A stretch of DNA of 64,000 nucleotides from an uncultured bacterium (GCA_963784355.1 CAWAQU010000007.1:32001-96000), one strand, 5' to 3'; counted from the stretch's first letter, positions 20,907-30,317 are shown. Made by a program: numbers and translations. The notes: generated by a model from the letters alone, not told the origin.

Positions 20907-21119
20907 TTTATGTATTAAACTAAATGTAAACTATCAAATAGCAGAATTTAAATTAATAGTCAAATAAAAAGTTTCGAGATCTTTCAATTATTACTGTGTT
21001 ACATTATTGTAAGGGTTTAAACACTGCAAAGTATTAAAATTTTATAGAGAAGCTTATTCATCCAAGAACGGTTTGACTAATTTACAAACTTAGCTCAGGT
21101 ATTATAAATATACAATCAG

Positions 21120-21905
21120 ATGGCTACAGTAATATCAATTACAAATCAAAAGGGTGGGGTAGGTAAGACTACAAGCGCTGTAAACTTGGGCGCTGCTTTG
21201 TCTAGAATGAATTATAGAGTTTTGATAATTGATTTTGACCCTCAAGGGCACAGTGGAGAGCATTTAGGTGTTAAAATTATGAATGATCCTGCTTCTGGGC
21301 AAGTTACAATATTGGAGGCTTTAATGGGTTACAAGCCTAGTTTAAGTTGCATATATAATACCTACATGCCTAATCTTTGGATTATCCCCTCAAATCTGAA
21401 ATTAGGACAGTTTAATCAAAATTTACCTGCGGGTCTGCAATTTAATCTCAAAAACATTTTAACAAAAGATTTGCTAGATAAATTTGATTTTATACTAATT
21501 GATTGCCAGCCATCTTTATCTTTACTTACTTTAAATGCTCTTACAGCCTGTGATTACGTGATTTTGCCGGTACAATCTGAGTTCTTAGCACTTGATGGAC
21601 TGATGCAACTTGTAGTTACGTTAAAGGAAATCCAAACTAAACTTCACCCCAAATTAAAAGTATTGGGTATCCTACTTACTATGTTTGATCGGAGAAACCG
21701 GCTTAGTGGAGAAGTTAAGCAGGAACTAGAGAAAAATTTTGGTCAGGATTTATTTCAAGTATCAATTCCAAGAACCGTAAAATTAGCAGAAAGCCCTTCT
21801 TTTGGAAAAGCTATATTTGATTATGATCCAAGTTCTTCGGGAGCTGAAGCCTATGCCTATTTAGCAAAAGAGGTACTGATCAAACTTGGAATGATGCTCA
21901 GGTAA
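21120..21905 (+). CDS. parA: ParA/Soj family ATPase
   Basis: NQKGGVGKTT deviant Walker A, IDFDPQG, LAESPSFG. Confidence 0.93.
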   Translation: MATVISITNQKGGVGKTTSAVNLGAALSRMNYRVLIIDFDPQGHSGEHLGVKIMNDPASGQVTILEALMGYKPSLSCIYNTYMPNLWIIPSNLKLGQFNQNLPAGLQFNLKNILTKDLLDKFDFILIDCQPSLSLLTLNALTACDYVILPVQSEFLALDGLMQLVVTLKEIQTKLHPKLKVLGILLTMFDRRNRLSGEVKQELEKNFGQDLFQVSIPRTVKLAESPSFGKAIFDYDPSSSGAEAYAYLAKEVLIKLGMMLR

Positions 21906-21928
21906 AATTTTTAAAAGCTTTGATTTTC

Positions 21929-22999
21929 CTAATTTAAATTTTCAAGTACTGACTGGGCTTCAATTTTTTTGATCTGCTCTATAACTTCGTAAATTCCTCC
22001 ATCCATGATAACAGGTAATTGATTCCAGTTTTGGTTGTATCTATGATCAGTCAATCTATCTTGAGGAAAATTATAAGTACGGATTTTTTCGCTTCGATCT
22101 GCTTTACCTACCTGTTCACGTCTTGCTGCACCTTCTTTGGCTAGCCTCTCTTGTTCATAAAAATCAAACACACGGCTGGTCAGTACTTGTAGGGCTCTGA
22201 TTTTATTTTGCTGCTGATTTCTTTCATCTTGACTCTGAGCTTCTATTCCAGTTGGTATGTGCTTTACTTTAATCGCTGAGTAGGTAGTATTTACACTTTG
22301 TCCTCCGGCACCTTGACTGGTAGAAGCTGTTACCTCCACCTCCTTCATGTCTAGTTTGAAATCATTATTACTTTCTTCAAATAATGGTAAAACCGCTACA
22401 GAAACCGTAGAAGTGTGGATCCTACCTTGTTTTTCGGTAGATGGCACTCTTTGTACTCTATGTACGCCACCTTCATATTTGAACCAACTATATGCTCCAT
22501 TACCTCTAATTTCAGCAATTAATTCTTTGTAACCGCCTAATGAATTTTCACTAAATGAAATAATTTTTAACTTAAAGCCGATTTTTTCGCAAAGATAATT
22601 ATACATGCGGACCAAGTCTGCTGCAAATAATGCGCTTTCGTCGCCACCTGCACCTGCACGGATTTCCAAGAAAATGTCGTTATCATCGTGTGGATCCTTT
22701 GGTGCTAAAAAAGTGATTAATTTATCTTCAACTATGGCAAGTTCAGCCTGCTTTTCTTCATTATCAAGCTTTGTAAGTTCTGATAGTTCTTGATCAAGGC
22801 TAGAATCATTTAGTAAATCTTCATTTTCACTAATAGATTTTTCAAGGTGCTTAATCTTTTGGGCCAATACAAATTGGGATTGAAGAGTTTTTTGCTGTTT
22901 ACCCAGTTTCATTAGATCCTCAGTGGCATTAATACCGGAAAGGGTTTCATTTATTTCTTCATACTGTTGAATGATCTGTTCTATAGGTAGCTTAGACAT
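21929..22999 (-). CDS. prfA: Peptide chain release factor 1
   Basis: RAGAGGDES, VHRVQRVPSTE (PxT motif), GAGGQSVN, RSEKIRTYNFPQ. Confidence 0.96.
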   Translation of the reverse strand: MSKLPIEQIIQQYEEINETLSGINATEDLMKLGKQQKTLQSQFVLAQKIKHLEKSISENEDLLNDSSLDQELSELTKLDNEEKQAELAIVEDKLITFLAPKDPHDDNDIFLEIRAGAGGDESALFAADLVRMYNYLCEKIGFKLKIISFSENSLGGYKELIAEIRGNGAYSWFKYEGGVHRVQRVPSTEKQGRIHTSTVSVAVLPLFEESNNDFKLDMKEVEVTASTSQGAGGQSVNTTYSAIKVKHIPTGIEAQSQDERNQQQNKIRALQVLTSRVFDFYEQERLAKEGAARREQVGKADRSEKIRTYNFPQDRLTDHRYNQNWNQLPVIMDGGIYEVIEQIKKIEAQSVLENLN

Positions 23000-23023
23000 G
23001 GGATTGTGTTTGGGGTTGTGGAG

Positions 23024-23602
23024 CTAGTTATTCACTCTTTCTACATATTCATCTTCAATGGTATTGATAAGAACTTTTTCTCCTTCCTTAATAAAAGCTG
23101 GTACTTTCACAATTTTGCCTGTTTCAATAGTAGCGTCTTTAAGTACACCACTAACTGTATTTCCTCTTGCTACATCGTCTGTTTGGATAATCTTATAAGC
23201 AATTTTAATTGGTAAATCAATACTTATAGCGTTATCATTAAAATACTGAATAGCTACTTCAAGCCCTTCTCTTAAATAACCTGCTTTTTCATCAAGCATA
23301 TCTGCAGGCAAGTCAATTGTTTCATAGGATGACGTGAGCATAAAACTTAGAACGTCACCTGTTTGGTACATAAAAGTTGCTACTTCTCTTCTAAGATCGG
23401 CCTCTTCTACATTTTCGCCGGATTTAAAAGAATATTCTACATTGTTGCCTGTAATTAAGTTCTTCAAGATACATTTTTTTACGGGTTTTCTTTGTTGCAT
23501 TCTCAAAAAATCACATTTGGTTATTACACATGGTTGACCGTTATATTGGACGACCTTACCCAACTTAATTTCGGAAAAATCTAACATAAAACTTGCATTC
23601 AA
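23024..23602 (-). CDS. efp: Elongation factor P
   Basis: KNLITG, RGNTVSG..KDATIETG, VPAFIKEGE, YVER. Confidence 0.93.
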   Translation of the reverse strand: MNASFMLDFSEIKLGKVVQYNGQPCVITKCDFLRMQQRKPVKKCILKNLITGNNVEYSFKSGENVEEADLRREVATFMYQTGDVLSFMLTSSYETIDLPADMLDEKAGYLREGLEVAIQYFNDNAISIDLPIKIAYKIIQTDDVARGNTVSGVLKDATIETGKIVKVPAFIKEGEKVLINTIEDEYVERVNN

Positions 23603-23678
23603 TTAATGGTTGACAATATCAAGCGTACGGAGCAATCTCTATTTAGTCAAGTTTATGGATTCAGTGGAGTACACATTG

Positions 23679-24032
23679 ATGTTGCAGCGTATTTTATTTC
23701 TTTTGTTTGGGGCAAGTTTTGTGGGCTTAGCTTGCGTGTTAGTCTTTTTGAATCCTTTTCAAAGTGGATTATACATAATTTTATTTTTACTGGGAAGTGT
23801 ATTGTTTTTATTTAGTGCCGCTAATTTGCTAATTTTTTGGTGGATCTATTCGATAAAAAAAGTTATTTTGACAATAGTTCAGGTGAATCGTATTGTGTAC
23901 CAAGGCTTGATATCGAGTCTAGTAGCTATATTTTATTTGATAATGTATCAGACTGGCGCATTAAATATCTGGTCCGGTGCAATAGTTTTTATTGTTTATT
24001 TTTTGTACGAACTATGGATAAATTCCGGTTAA
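23679..24032 (+). CDS. Hypothetical membrane protein (4 TM)
   Basis: Four hydrophobic segments; start uncertain (track start 23610 lies in a TTGACA box). Confidence 0.65.
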   Translation: MLQRILFLLFGASFVGLACVLVFLNPFQSGLYIILFLLGSVLFLFSAANLLIFWWIYSIKKVILTIVQVNRIVYQGLISSLVAIFYLIMYQTGALNIWSGAIVFIVYFLYELWINSG

Positions 24033-24035
24033 CTT

Positions 24036-24713
24036 ATGGCTTTAAATCAACCAAATCAATATCAACCAAATCCCTTTAATTATGTCTATCAAACACGGGA
24101 ACGCCGTAGGCCCATAAATTTACTCGAGTGGGCTCTTATATGTGTATCGATTCTAAGTCTTGTAGGAATTTTTTGGTGGGGATTTAATAATCAAGAAACA
24201 AAAAATAGAGATAATCAAAGATTGCATGATATAAATCAGATTACCATTGCTTTAGAAGAGTTTTATAAAAATAGTAATATTGTTCCAAGTAATAGATCAT
24301 ATCCAAAAGCAAAATGTTCTGAATCATTAAATGAAGTGGACTACGAAGATACTCTAAGAAGAGCTTTAACCGGAAATGCAAAGGAGCTTGATACGCACGT
24401 GTATATAAATCCAAATGATTTTCCTATAGATCAGTGGGGATCGTACTCAGTTACTTTTGGAGAAAGGGTAGTACCATATAGATGTACTGAAAAATTGAGT
24501 TTAAAATCTTCACCTGAAGGAGTAACAAAAATCTACAATGACAGTTTTCCAAGCTGCAATTTTAGTTCAACCAAAAGGTACTATAAGTGTTATATTTACA
24601 CTAGTAGTAATAATGGTGATACTTTTAAAATTGGGTACTATCAGGAATCATCGAACAATTTTATTATTTATAAAAAGTTTAGGGATGATAAAATTCAAGT
24701 TGAAATCAATTGA
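24036..24713 (+). CDS. Type IV pilin/pseudopilin-like protein
   Basis: NLLEWALICVSILSLVGIF hydrophobic helix with Glu, then RDNQRLHDINQITIALEEFY; paired Cys; lacks canonical G|F cleavage site. Confidence 0.65.
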   Translation: MALNQPNQYQPNPFNYVYQTRERRRPINLLEWALICVSILSLVGIFWWGFNNQETKNRDNQRLHDINQITIALEEFYKNSNIVPSNRSYPKAKCSESLNEVDYEDTLRRALTGNAKELDTHVYINPNDFPIDQWGSYSVTFGERVVPYRCTEKLSLKSSPEGVTKIYNDSFPSCNFSSTKRYYKCYIYTSSNNGDTFKIGYYQESSNNFIIYKKFRDDKIQVEIN

Positions 24714-24734
24714 TAATACAATAATTTATTAATC

Positions 24735-25454
24735 TTAAGCAGATTGGTTTGTAATTTCAGGCTTTAAACTTATGATAGCAAGGAACATGGCCGCTTCAAA
24801 CAATAAACCAATTATTAAAACAAATATAAACCAGCTTAAGATATCTTGAGAACCGAATAATGCAGTAAGTACAATAATTGCAAAATATATCTCTTTTCTC
24901 TTTGACTTTAAAGTACTGGCTGAAACAATTTTCATTTTAATAAGACCAAATACAACTGTAGGTATTTGAAAAAACAAAATTGTGAATAGTGCGAGTGAAA
25001 AAACAAAGTTAGAGTATTCTGTTGAGGTAATTAAAAAACTAGTATTTTTGGGAGCGAAGTTGATTAAAAAGTCAAATGTGCTAGGAATTAAAGAAAAATA
25101 TGCATAGACCAGTGCTATAACTGTAAGGATTAGAGTACTTCCGCTATAATAATAAATTAACTTTTTTTCTTTTTCATTAAGTGCTTGAGCAATATAGCCC
25201 CAAAATATACTTACCAGAATAGGTAGAGTTATAATAGCGCCGGACAATACAACAACTTTAATCACAAAATTAAAGCTATCAGCCGGGGACAAAAAGTGAA
25301 GACTAAGGCCTTTACTTCTTAATGGCATTGTAAAAATATCTATCAGTCTATCAGTATTAAAAGCAGCTATTAGGCTACCAAGTCCCCAAACTATAGCTAT
25401 TTTTATTATTATTTTTTTTAAATCGTTTATATGCTCCCAAATATTTTCAGCCAT
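24735..25454 (-). CDS. tatC: Twin-arginine translocase subunit TatC
   Basis: IWEHINDLKK, LSPADSF, ALNEKEKK, FQIP, LFE motifs; 6 TM. Confidence 0.88.
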   Translation of the reverse strand: MAENIWEHINDLKKIIIKIAIVWGLGSLIAAFNTDRLIDIFTMPLRSKGLSLHFLSPADSFNFVIKVVVLSGAIITLPILVSIFWGYIAQALNEKEKKLIYYYSGSTLILTVIALVYAYFSLIPSTFDFLINFAPKNTSFLITSTEYSNFVFSLALFTILFFQIPTVVFGLIKMKIVSASTLKSKRKEIYFAIIVLTALFGSQDILSWFIFVLIIGLLFEAAMFLAIISLKPEITNQSA

Positions 25455-25569
25455 ATTGTGGTTATAATGTTAAATCACCTTTTCTAACTATCACGGTTTA
25501 CTTATGTTTACTACAGTAATAATTTTGAAAGAAATACTCAATGATGCAATTAAGCAAAATACTTACAAT

Positions 25570-25650
25570 CCAGGATGTTACCTTAGGGGCTTTGATGTCT
25601 ATACCACTATCTTGATATACATATCTGTAGCCCCCAAATGGTTCACCTGG
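25570..25650 (-). ncRNA. Long imperfect RNA hairpin between fibre gene and tatC
   Basis: Nested pairs CCAGG/CCTGG, ACC/GGT, GGGGGCT/AGCCCCT, GAT/ATC, ATATCA/TGGTAT; GC-rich against the background. Confidence 0.5.
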
Positions 25651-25669
25651 AATAATAAATAAGTTGAAT

Positions 25670-28069
25670 TTATAATCCTGCTTTATCCAGACGACCCTGT
25701 AATGCTTCAATAACCTGGTCTTGTTTTTCTAACAAACTCTTCTGTTCCTTTACTGCCTCGACTAAAGCTCCAACCAAACCATTGTAATTAACTGATTTAG
25801 TTTGATCTTTATCAGCTGCTGTTTTAACTGCTTCTGGAAATATTTTTTCTACGTCTTGAGCTAAGAGTCCGATTTGAGTAGATGTATCTTCACCATGATT
25901 TTCAGGATTTTTCCAGGTGTAGGTTACTCCTTTAAGAGAAGCAATTTTATCTAAGGCTGAAGTAATTGGTTTGATATTAGTTTTTAGCCTTTCATCAGAG
26001 TTTGGAGTAATAGTTCCAGTAGCTAAAATATTACCTACTACGTGAAGTTTTTCGGTAGGAGCCTCAGTTCCAATACCAAATTTTCCATCTGGAGTAATTG
26101 TAGGTTGCGCGCGCAGGTAAATAATACGAGAAGACGTTCCCCAGCTTACTCCTGGTCCTAACTCTGGTGCGTGCCAAGCTACATATAAGGGTTGTCCTGC
26201 TGAATTCCAACCTGTTGCATATTTTGTAATTGCAATATCTCTTACTGAATTAGCAGCTTTTTGGAATTTACACCATACCTCATAAAGGTTAGATGTATTG
26301 GTTTGACCATTACAAGTAACAATATCTTCAGTAGATTCAAACTCACAACCATAAAAGGTGATTGATCCACCCCAAGCTGTAAACAATGCAGCTTTATCCG
26401 ATCTAGGAGATAGGGGGCGAGTATCGTTAGCACTTTCAACTACCTTCACACTTTCTAAATTAAAATATGCATAATCCCTTACCAGTACTCTAGAAACCTC
26501 CCGGTAAATTCCATTAAGGGAGCCAACATATTGTTGCATATCAAATGTGTAAGTTGCATTCTTAGTCATTTTGATTACAGGCATGGATCCACTTTGCTCA
26601 GGATTTTTCCTAATGTACAAATATTGTTCAGGAGATAAATCAACAAAAGTATTCCAGGTGTACTCAGAATTAGTTTTTAAATACACTGTTAGTATAGCAT
26701 ATTTTTTTAAAAGCTTATTGATTTGTAAACCGAGATCCGTAGCTGTATCGTTAATAATTACTAATTTACTAGCCCATCTGGATTTGAGAAAATCAGCACT
26801 ACTATTTAGGCTAACAATAGGAGCTCTTCCTTTAGTAATACTTGCCAAGTTGCCTATATCAATATTTGCTTCACTGCTGATACCAATAGGGCTCATGATG
26901 CCACTGTATGAAGTTTGGGAACTATAGGAATTACTATCATCCCATATCGTCAGACCGTTATTTGATTTATATATCTTATATTGGGTACCGGCTGGAATAT
27001 TTTGCTGGTAATTAAAAGGAGAATCAACGATAACTTCAGTATCAGAGTTAATACTCACAATACGGCGCGTGGAATAGATTACCCCTGCATCAGTAACTTT
27101 TGCTCCAGGACTAGTAAACCATGGAGTAGTATCTGTGTTTAATAGTACTTCTATAGTATCACCAATTTCTACTTCGCTTAAAAATTTAGTACCTGCACCA
27201 ATGACTTTTTCCCATGATGTACTTACTGTACCAGAGACGTTAGGATTACTTTCAAGATTGAATTCCAATCCACTATTAGATACAGGCTCTCCAACAGATA
27301 AATTACCTGATGCACCAACAACAACTTTGCTTTTACCGTCAAATCCTTCAAATCCAGCAACAATGCCGGTATAGGTAAAGGCTCTGGCAGTACTATATCC
27401 ATTTGGAATATATTCATAGGCTGAGTTAGTTACATTTAAATTCCACTCACTTTGTTTATCGGATCCGTAATTACCAATCAAGCCGCGTGACATTTGCCCT
27501 GTACTTCCATTTAAGGAAATAAGTTGGGTAGTTTGATTAGAGATTACTATTAAATAACCAGCTTTTAATTGATTAAGATTATTGCCACTGATGTCTGCAC
27601 CACTTGTAGTAATTGTACCAGGTCCTGTAGCTTTGGTGCCATAAAATGGTTGATTAATAAAAGCTTCAGTGTTACTAATCACTTTTGTAATAATTCTAGA
27701 CTGTCCACCAGAGGTGATTACTGCTCCAGGCTGCAATTCTTCAACAAACTTTGTGCCCGTACCAATCAGTTTGATATCATCAGAAGTAACTTGTCCTGTT
27801 CCAGTACGCTGGTTTTGGATACTTTCCGCACGTTTTGTTGAATCAAAATTAACCCACTGGGTTCCGCTCCAGCGTTCAATCTTTCCAGTGTCGGAATTTA
27901 TTCCAGTAAGACCTTCGTTATCGGCTCCAAGTCCGGTTGGCCTATTAGTAATTGACCAGATGTTGATACCACCTTTATTTGGATCACTAATTTGTTTTAA
28001 ATAATCGTTTAAGATTTGTCCCCAGTTTCCATTGTCTTGACCGGGAATTGGTAAGCGTTTTGTTGGCAT
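25670..28069 (-). CDS. Tail-fibre-like adhesin with C-terminal intramolecular chaperone (peptidase S74)
   Basis: N-terminal RLPIPGQDNGNWGQILNDYL; repeated GxGTKF beta modules; FGIGTEAPTEKLHVVGNI; SDERLK...GLLAQDVE...VNYNGL S74 signature; no signal peptide. Confidence 0.85.
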   Translation of the reverse strand: MPTKRLPIPGQDNGNWGQILNDYLKQISDPNKGGINIWSITNRPTGLGADNEGLTGINSDTGKIERWSGTQWVNFDSTKRAESIQNQRTGTGQVTSDDIKLIGTGTKFVEELQPGAVITSGGQSRIITKVISNTEAFINQPFYGTKATGPGTITTSGADISGNNLNQLKAGYLIVISNQTTQLISLNGSTGQMSRGLIGNYGSDKQSEWNLNVTNSAYEYIPNGYSTARAFTYTGIVAGFEGFDGKSKVVVGASGNLSVGEPVSNSGLEFNLESNPNVSGTVSTSWEKVIGAGTKFLSEVEIGDTIEVLLNTDTTPWFTSPGAKVTDAGVIYSTRRIVSINSDTEVIVDSPFNYQQNIPAGTQYKIYKSNNGLTIWDDSNSYSSQTSYSGIMSPIGISSEANIDIGNLASITKGRAPIVSLNSSADFLKSRWASKLVIINDTATDLGLQINKLLKKYAILTVYLKTNSEYTWNTFVDLSPEQYLYIRKNPEQSGSMPVIKMTKNATYTFDMQQYVGSLNGIYREVSRVLVRDYAYFNLESVKVVESANDTRPLSPRSDKAALFTAWGGSITFYGCEFESTEDIVTCNGQTNTSNLYEVWCKFQKAANSVRDIAITKYATGWNSAGQPLYVAWHAPELGPGVSWGTSSRIIYLRAQPTITPDGKFGIGTEAPTEKLHVVGNILATGTITPNSDERLKTNIKPITSALDKIASLKGVTYTWKNPENHGEDTSTQIGLLAQDVEKIFPEAVKTAADKDQTKSVNYNGLVGALVEAVKEQKSLLEKQDQVIEALQGRLDKAGL

Positions 28070-28102
28070 ATATAATATATATTTTTTATATTTGTTTAAT
28101 TA

Positions 28103-28131
28103 ATTATATACTACTTTTTTAAAGTGTGCAA
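28103..28131 (-). promoter_or_regulatory. Sigma70 promoter for fibre gene
   Basis: TTGCAC-17 nt-TATAAT on minus strand. Confidence 0.7.
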
Positions 28132-28728
28132 GTCATAATTAAGATTTTATATTAATAACAAATTTTAAAGCATTTAGTCTTCGATAAAGCCCGTAATACC
28201 TATATAAATAGCAAATAGATACAGGGCTAATTAGATAAATTTTATCTTAAACATAGTATACAAAATATTTCAACTTTGCTAAATTTTACATAAAATATTG
28301 TTATATTCTATTGAATAAATTTGATATTTAATTACAGATATAATTTTTGTAATTTCTTTTTACCTTATGTAAAATATTGTTATTTACCGGATGAATTTTT
28401 TAGGTATACTCGTCTAATAACAATTCCTGCCTCGATAGGGTTTTAGTTTGATTTAGGAATGGTTTATCCGCAGCTGAGTTTGACTAACAGCGATTGTACA
28501 TTTGGCCGATTTATTAGTAGTTCAGAATACGTGGTTGCTTGCAACGAGGTTAAAACTGTAAGTTTTTGTTTCCAAAGCTTGCTTTGGTGCTTTGATTAAA
28601 CTTATTATGTATTCGCTACCTTTTTATAAGAAAGATATTAAAATAAAATGACAGAGTGACCGTTGCAAAAGCTAAAGTTGTCTTTTATGCTAAATTTAAA
28701 ATTACAAATTACAAGCTAGACAAAAGAA

Positions 28729-28749
28729 TACAACCCACGTGGGGTTGTA
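28729..28749 (-). terminator. Terminator of the tatA/surface-protein operon
   Basis: TACAACCC-acgtg-GGGTTGTA hairpin with adjacent U-rich tail on minus strand. Confidence 0.7.
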
Positions 28750-28810
28750 CTTGCTTTACCTTATAACGATTTGTTATAAATTAGAAGATTATAAAAGAAT
28801 GAAAAAACTA

Positions 28811-29569
28811 TTACTTTATCTTTATATTGTTTACGCTTTTGTTCCTATTTTTTGACACAAAGAACATTATTCCAAGAACGCCTATAAATAACAAACCTAA
28901 TAATAATATTGACCCTCCTCCTGTCCTCACCGTATCTAATATGGGTTGAATTTTGGCAACATTAACTGTGCTAGCAGTATTTACTAACTCACCATTACCT
29001 AATTTAGCTTTTACAGGTATGGATTGTCCTGCAGTACTTCCTGTACTTACGTTAGTACATACAATATTGTTATTCTCAAGTGTGCAGTTATTACTTAAAT
29101 TTGCGTCACCTATTGATATTCTTAATGGATTGGATGGATCAAGTGTTTTACCTGCGGGTAATTGACCTGTACAAGTAGTCGTTGTATTTACTACTAAATT
29201 ACTACCACAAGTGAAAACTAGAGTTGAAAGGTCCGCATCAGTTATGTAAACATTGCAGTCTCTATTATAAAAACTTTGATTATATTGGCCACAGCCATAA
29301 CCAGAAATTACAGATTGATTGGCACCTGCATTTTCAAGTTGCTTGTAATAAAAAAATCCGCCAAAAGCTCCTAATATAATTGTTAGTAAAATGAAAAAGG
29401 AAACAGAAGTTTTATTCTTTTGCCAATATTGTTTCATTTTTGGAGTTAAGCTTAGGGCCTTTTGTTTCAACATATCAACAAAGAGTAAGGAAGTTGAATC
29501 TTTTTTTGACTTATTTTGGTTGCTTTTTAGCGATTTTTTTAAATCTCGCTTTGGATTTTCACTTTTCAT
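28811..29569 (-). CDS. Surface protein with N-terminal TM, SGYGxxxY motif, Cys-containing Ig-like domain and sortase-like C-terminal signal
   Basis: SGYGCGQYNQSFY after TM; C-terminus TVRTGG + hydrophobic helix + KNRNK. Confidence 0.7.
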   Translation of the reverse strand: MKSENPKRDLKKSLKSNQNKSKKDSTSLLFVDMLKQKALSLTPKMKQYWQKNKTSVSFFILLTIILGAFGGFFYYKQLENAGANQSVISGYGCGQYNQSFYNRDCNVYITDADLSTLVFTCGSNLVVNTTTTCTGQLPAGKTLDPSNPLRISIGDANLSNNCTLENNNIVCTNVSTGSTAGQSIPVKAKLGNGELVNTASTVNVAKIQPILDTVRTGGGSILLLGLLFIGVLGIMFFVSKNRNKSVNNIKIK

Positions 29570-29652
29570 AATAATTGCTTTTGTTTTTATTAACTATAAT
29601 AATCTTTAATTAATTTTAGTTGTGTATTTGATGAAGTGTTAAAAACTAAATA

Positions 29653-29847
29653 TTAATTTTTATCTTTATTTATAGTTTTCTCAGTATTACTGCCTAATGA
29701 TTCTTGAGTATCAGCAAGCTCTTTTTTAAAAGATTTAAATGCTTTACCTAAGCTTCCTGCTGTTTCTGGTAATTTATCTTTACCAAAGAATACTATAGCT
29801 AGAAAGCCTATAATTAGTAGTTCTGGTATACTTGGTCTTGGGAACAT
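29653..29847 (-). CDS. tatA: TatA/TatE family translocase subunit (copy 2)
   Basis: ELLIIGFLAIVFFGKDKLPETAGSLGKAFKSFKKE; ATG 29847 matches copy 1. Confidence 0.9.
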   Translation of the reverse strand: MFPRPSIPELLIIGFLAIVFFGKDKLPETAGSLGKAFKSFKKELADTQESLGSNTEKTINKDKN

Positions 29848-29870
29848 AATAAACACTTAATTAAATTATT

Positions 29871-30041
29871 TTATATCCCATATGGTGTTTGTCCATAACC
29901 GGAAGTTGATTTAGATTTATCTTTTTCAAGATTTTTACTAAATAGTGTATTGATACCGCCGGTAGCAAAAACTACAAAGAACCCGGTTAAGATTTTCAAA
30001 AAACTTCTTCTGCTTATTTTTTTTGTTTGTGTGCTTGACAT
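29871..30041 (-). CDS. Twin-arginine signal micro-protein (56 aa, not in ORF track)
   Basis: MSSTQTKKISRRSFLKILTGFFVVFATGGINTLFSKNLEKDKSKSTSGYGQTPYGI; perfect S-R-R-x-F-L-K motif plus h-region, between two tatA genes. Confidence 0.88.
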   Translation of the reverse strand: MSSTQTKKISRRSFLKILTGFFVVFATGGINTLFSKNLEKDKSKSTSGYGQTPYGI

Positions 30042-30070
30042 AAATATTTGTTTTTTGTTTGTGTGCTTGA
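30019..30070. repeat. 20-bp direct repeat at the start of the twin-arginine micro-gene
   Basis: TTTTTTGTTTGTGTGCTTGA at 30019-30038 and 30051-30070. Confidence 0.85.
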
Positions 30071-30077
30071 TTTATTA

Positions 30078-30317
30078 TTACTTAGCTAACTCTTTTGCAG
30101 AGTCTGCATTAATGCCTGCTTCTACTTTACTGTTATTTGATTTAGCTTCATTGATTTGATGTCCTAATGATTCTTGAGTATCAGCAAGCTCTTTTTTAAA
30201 AGATTTAAATGCTTTACCTAAGCTTCCTGCTGTTTCTGGTAATTTATCTTTACCAAAGAATACTATAGCTAGAAAGCCTATAATTAGTAGTTCTGGTATA
30301 CTTGGTCTTGGGAACAT
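30078..30317 (-). CDS. tatA: TatA/TatE family translocase subunit (copy 1)
   Basis: Same TM-FG-amphipathic helix pattern with a longer C-tail. Confidence 0.9.
   Translation of the reverse strand: MFPRPSIPELLIIGFLAIVFFGKDKLPETAGSLGKAFKSFKKELADTQESLGHQINEAKSNNSKVEAGINADSAKELAK

Noticed and set aside
25498-25710. 70-aa ORF overlapping the fibre gene end
   Set aside because: Starts with TTG inside the fibre gene and runs through the long hairpin; better explained as structured non-coding sequence
25570-28069. Fibre gene plus downstream hairpin as a diversity-generating retroelement target
   Set aside because: No reverse transcriptase or template/variable repeat pair seen in the window, and the C-terminus is a cleaved chaperone rather than a variable lectin domain
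29950-30159. 69-aa plus-strand ORF in the track
   Set aside because: Antisense shadow of the RR micro-gene and tatA
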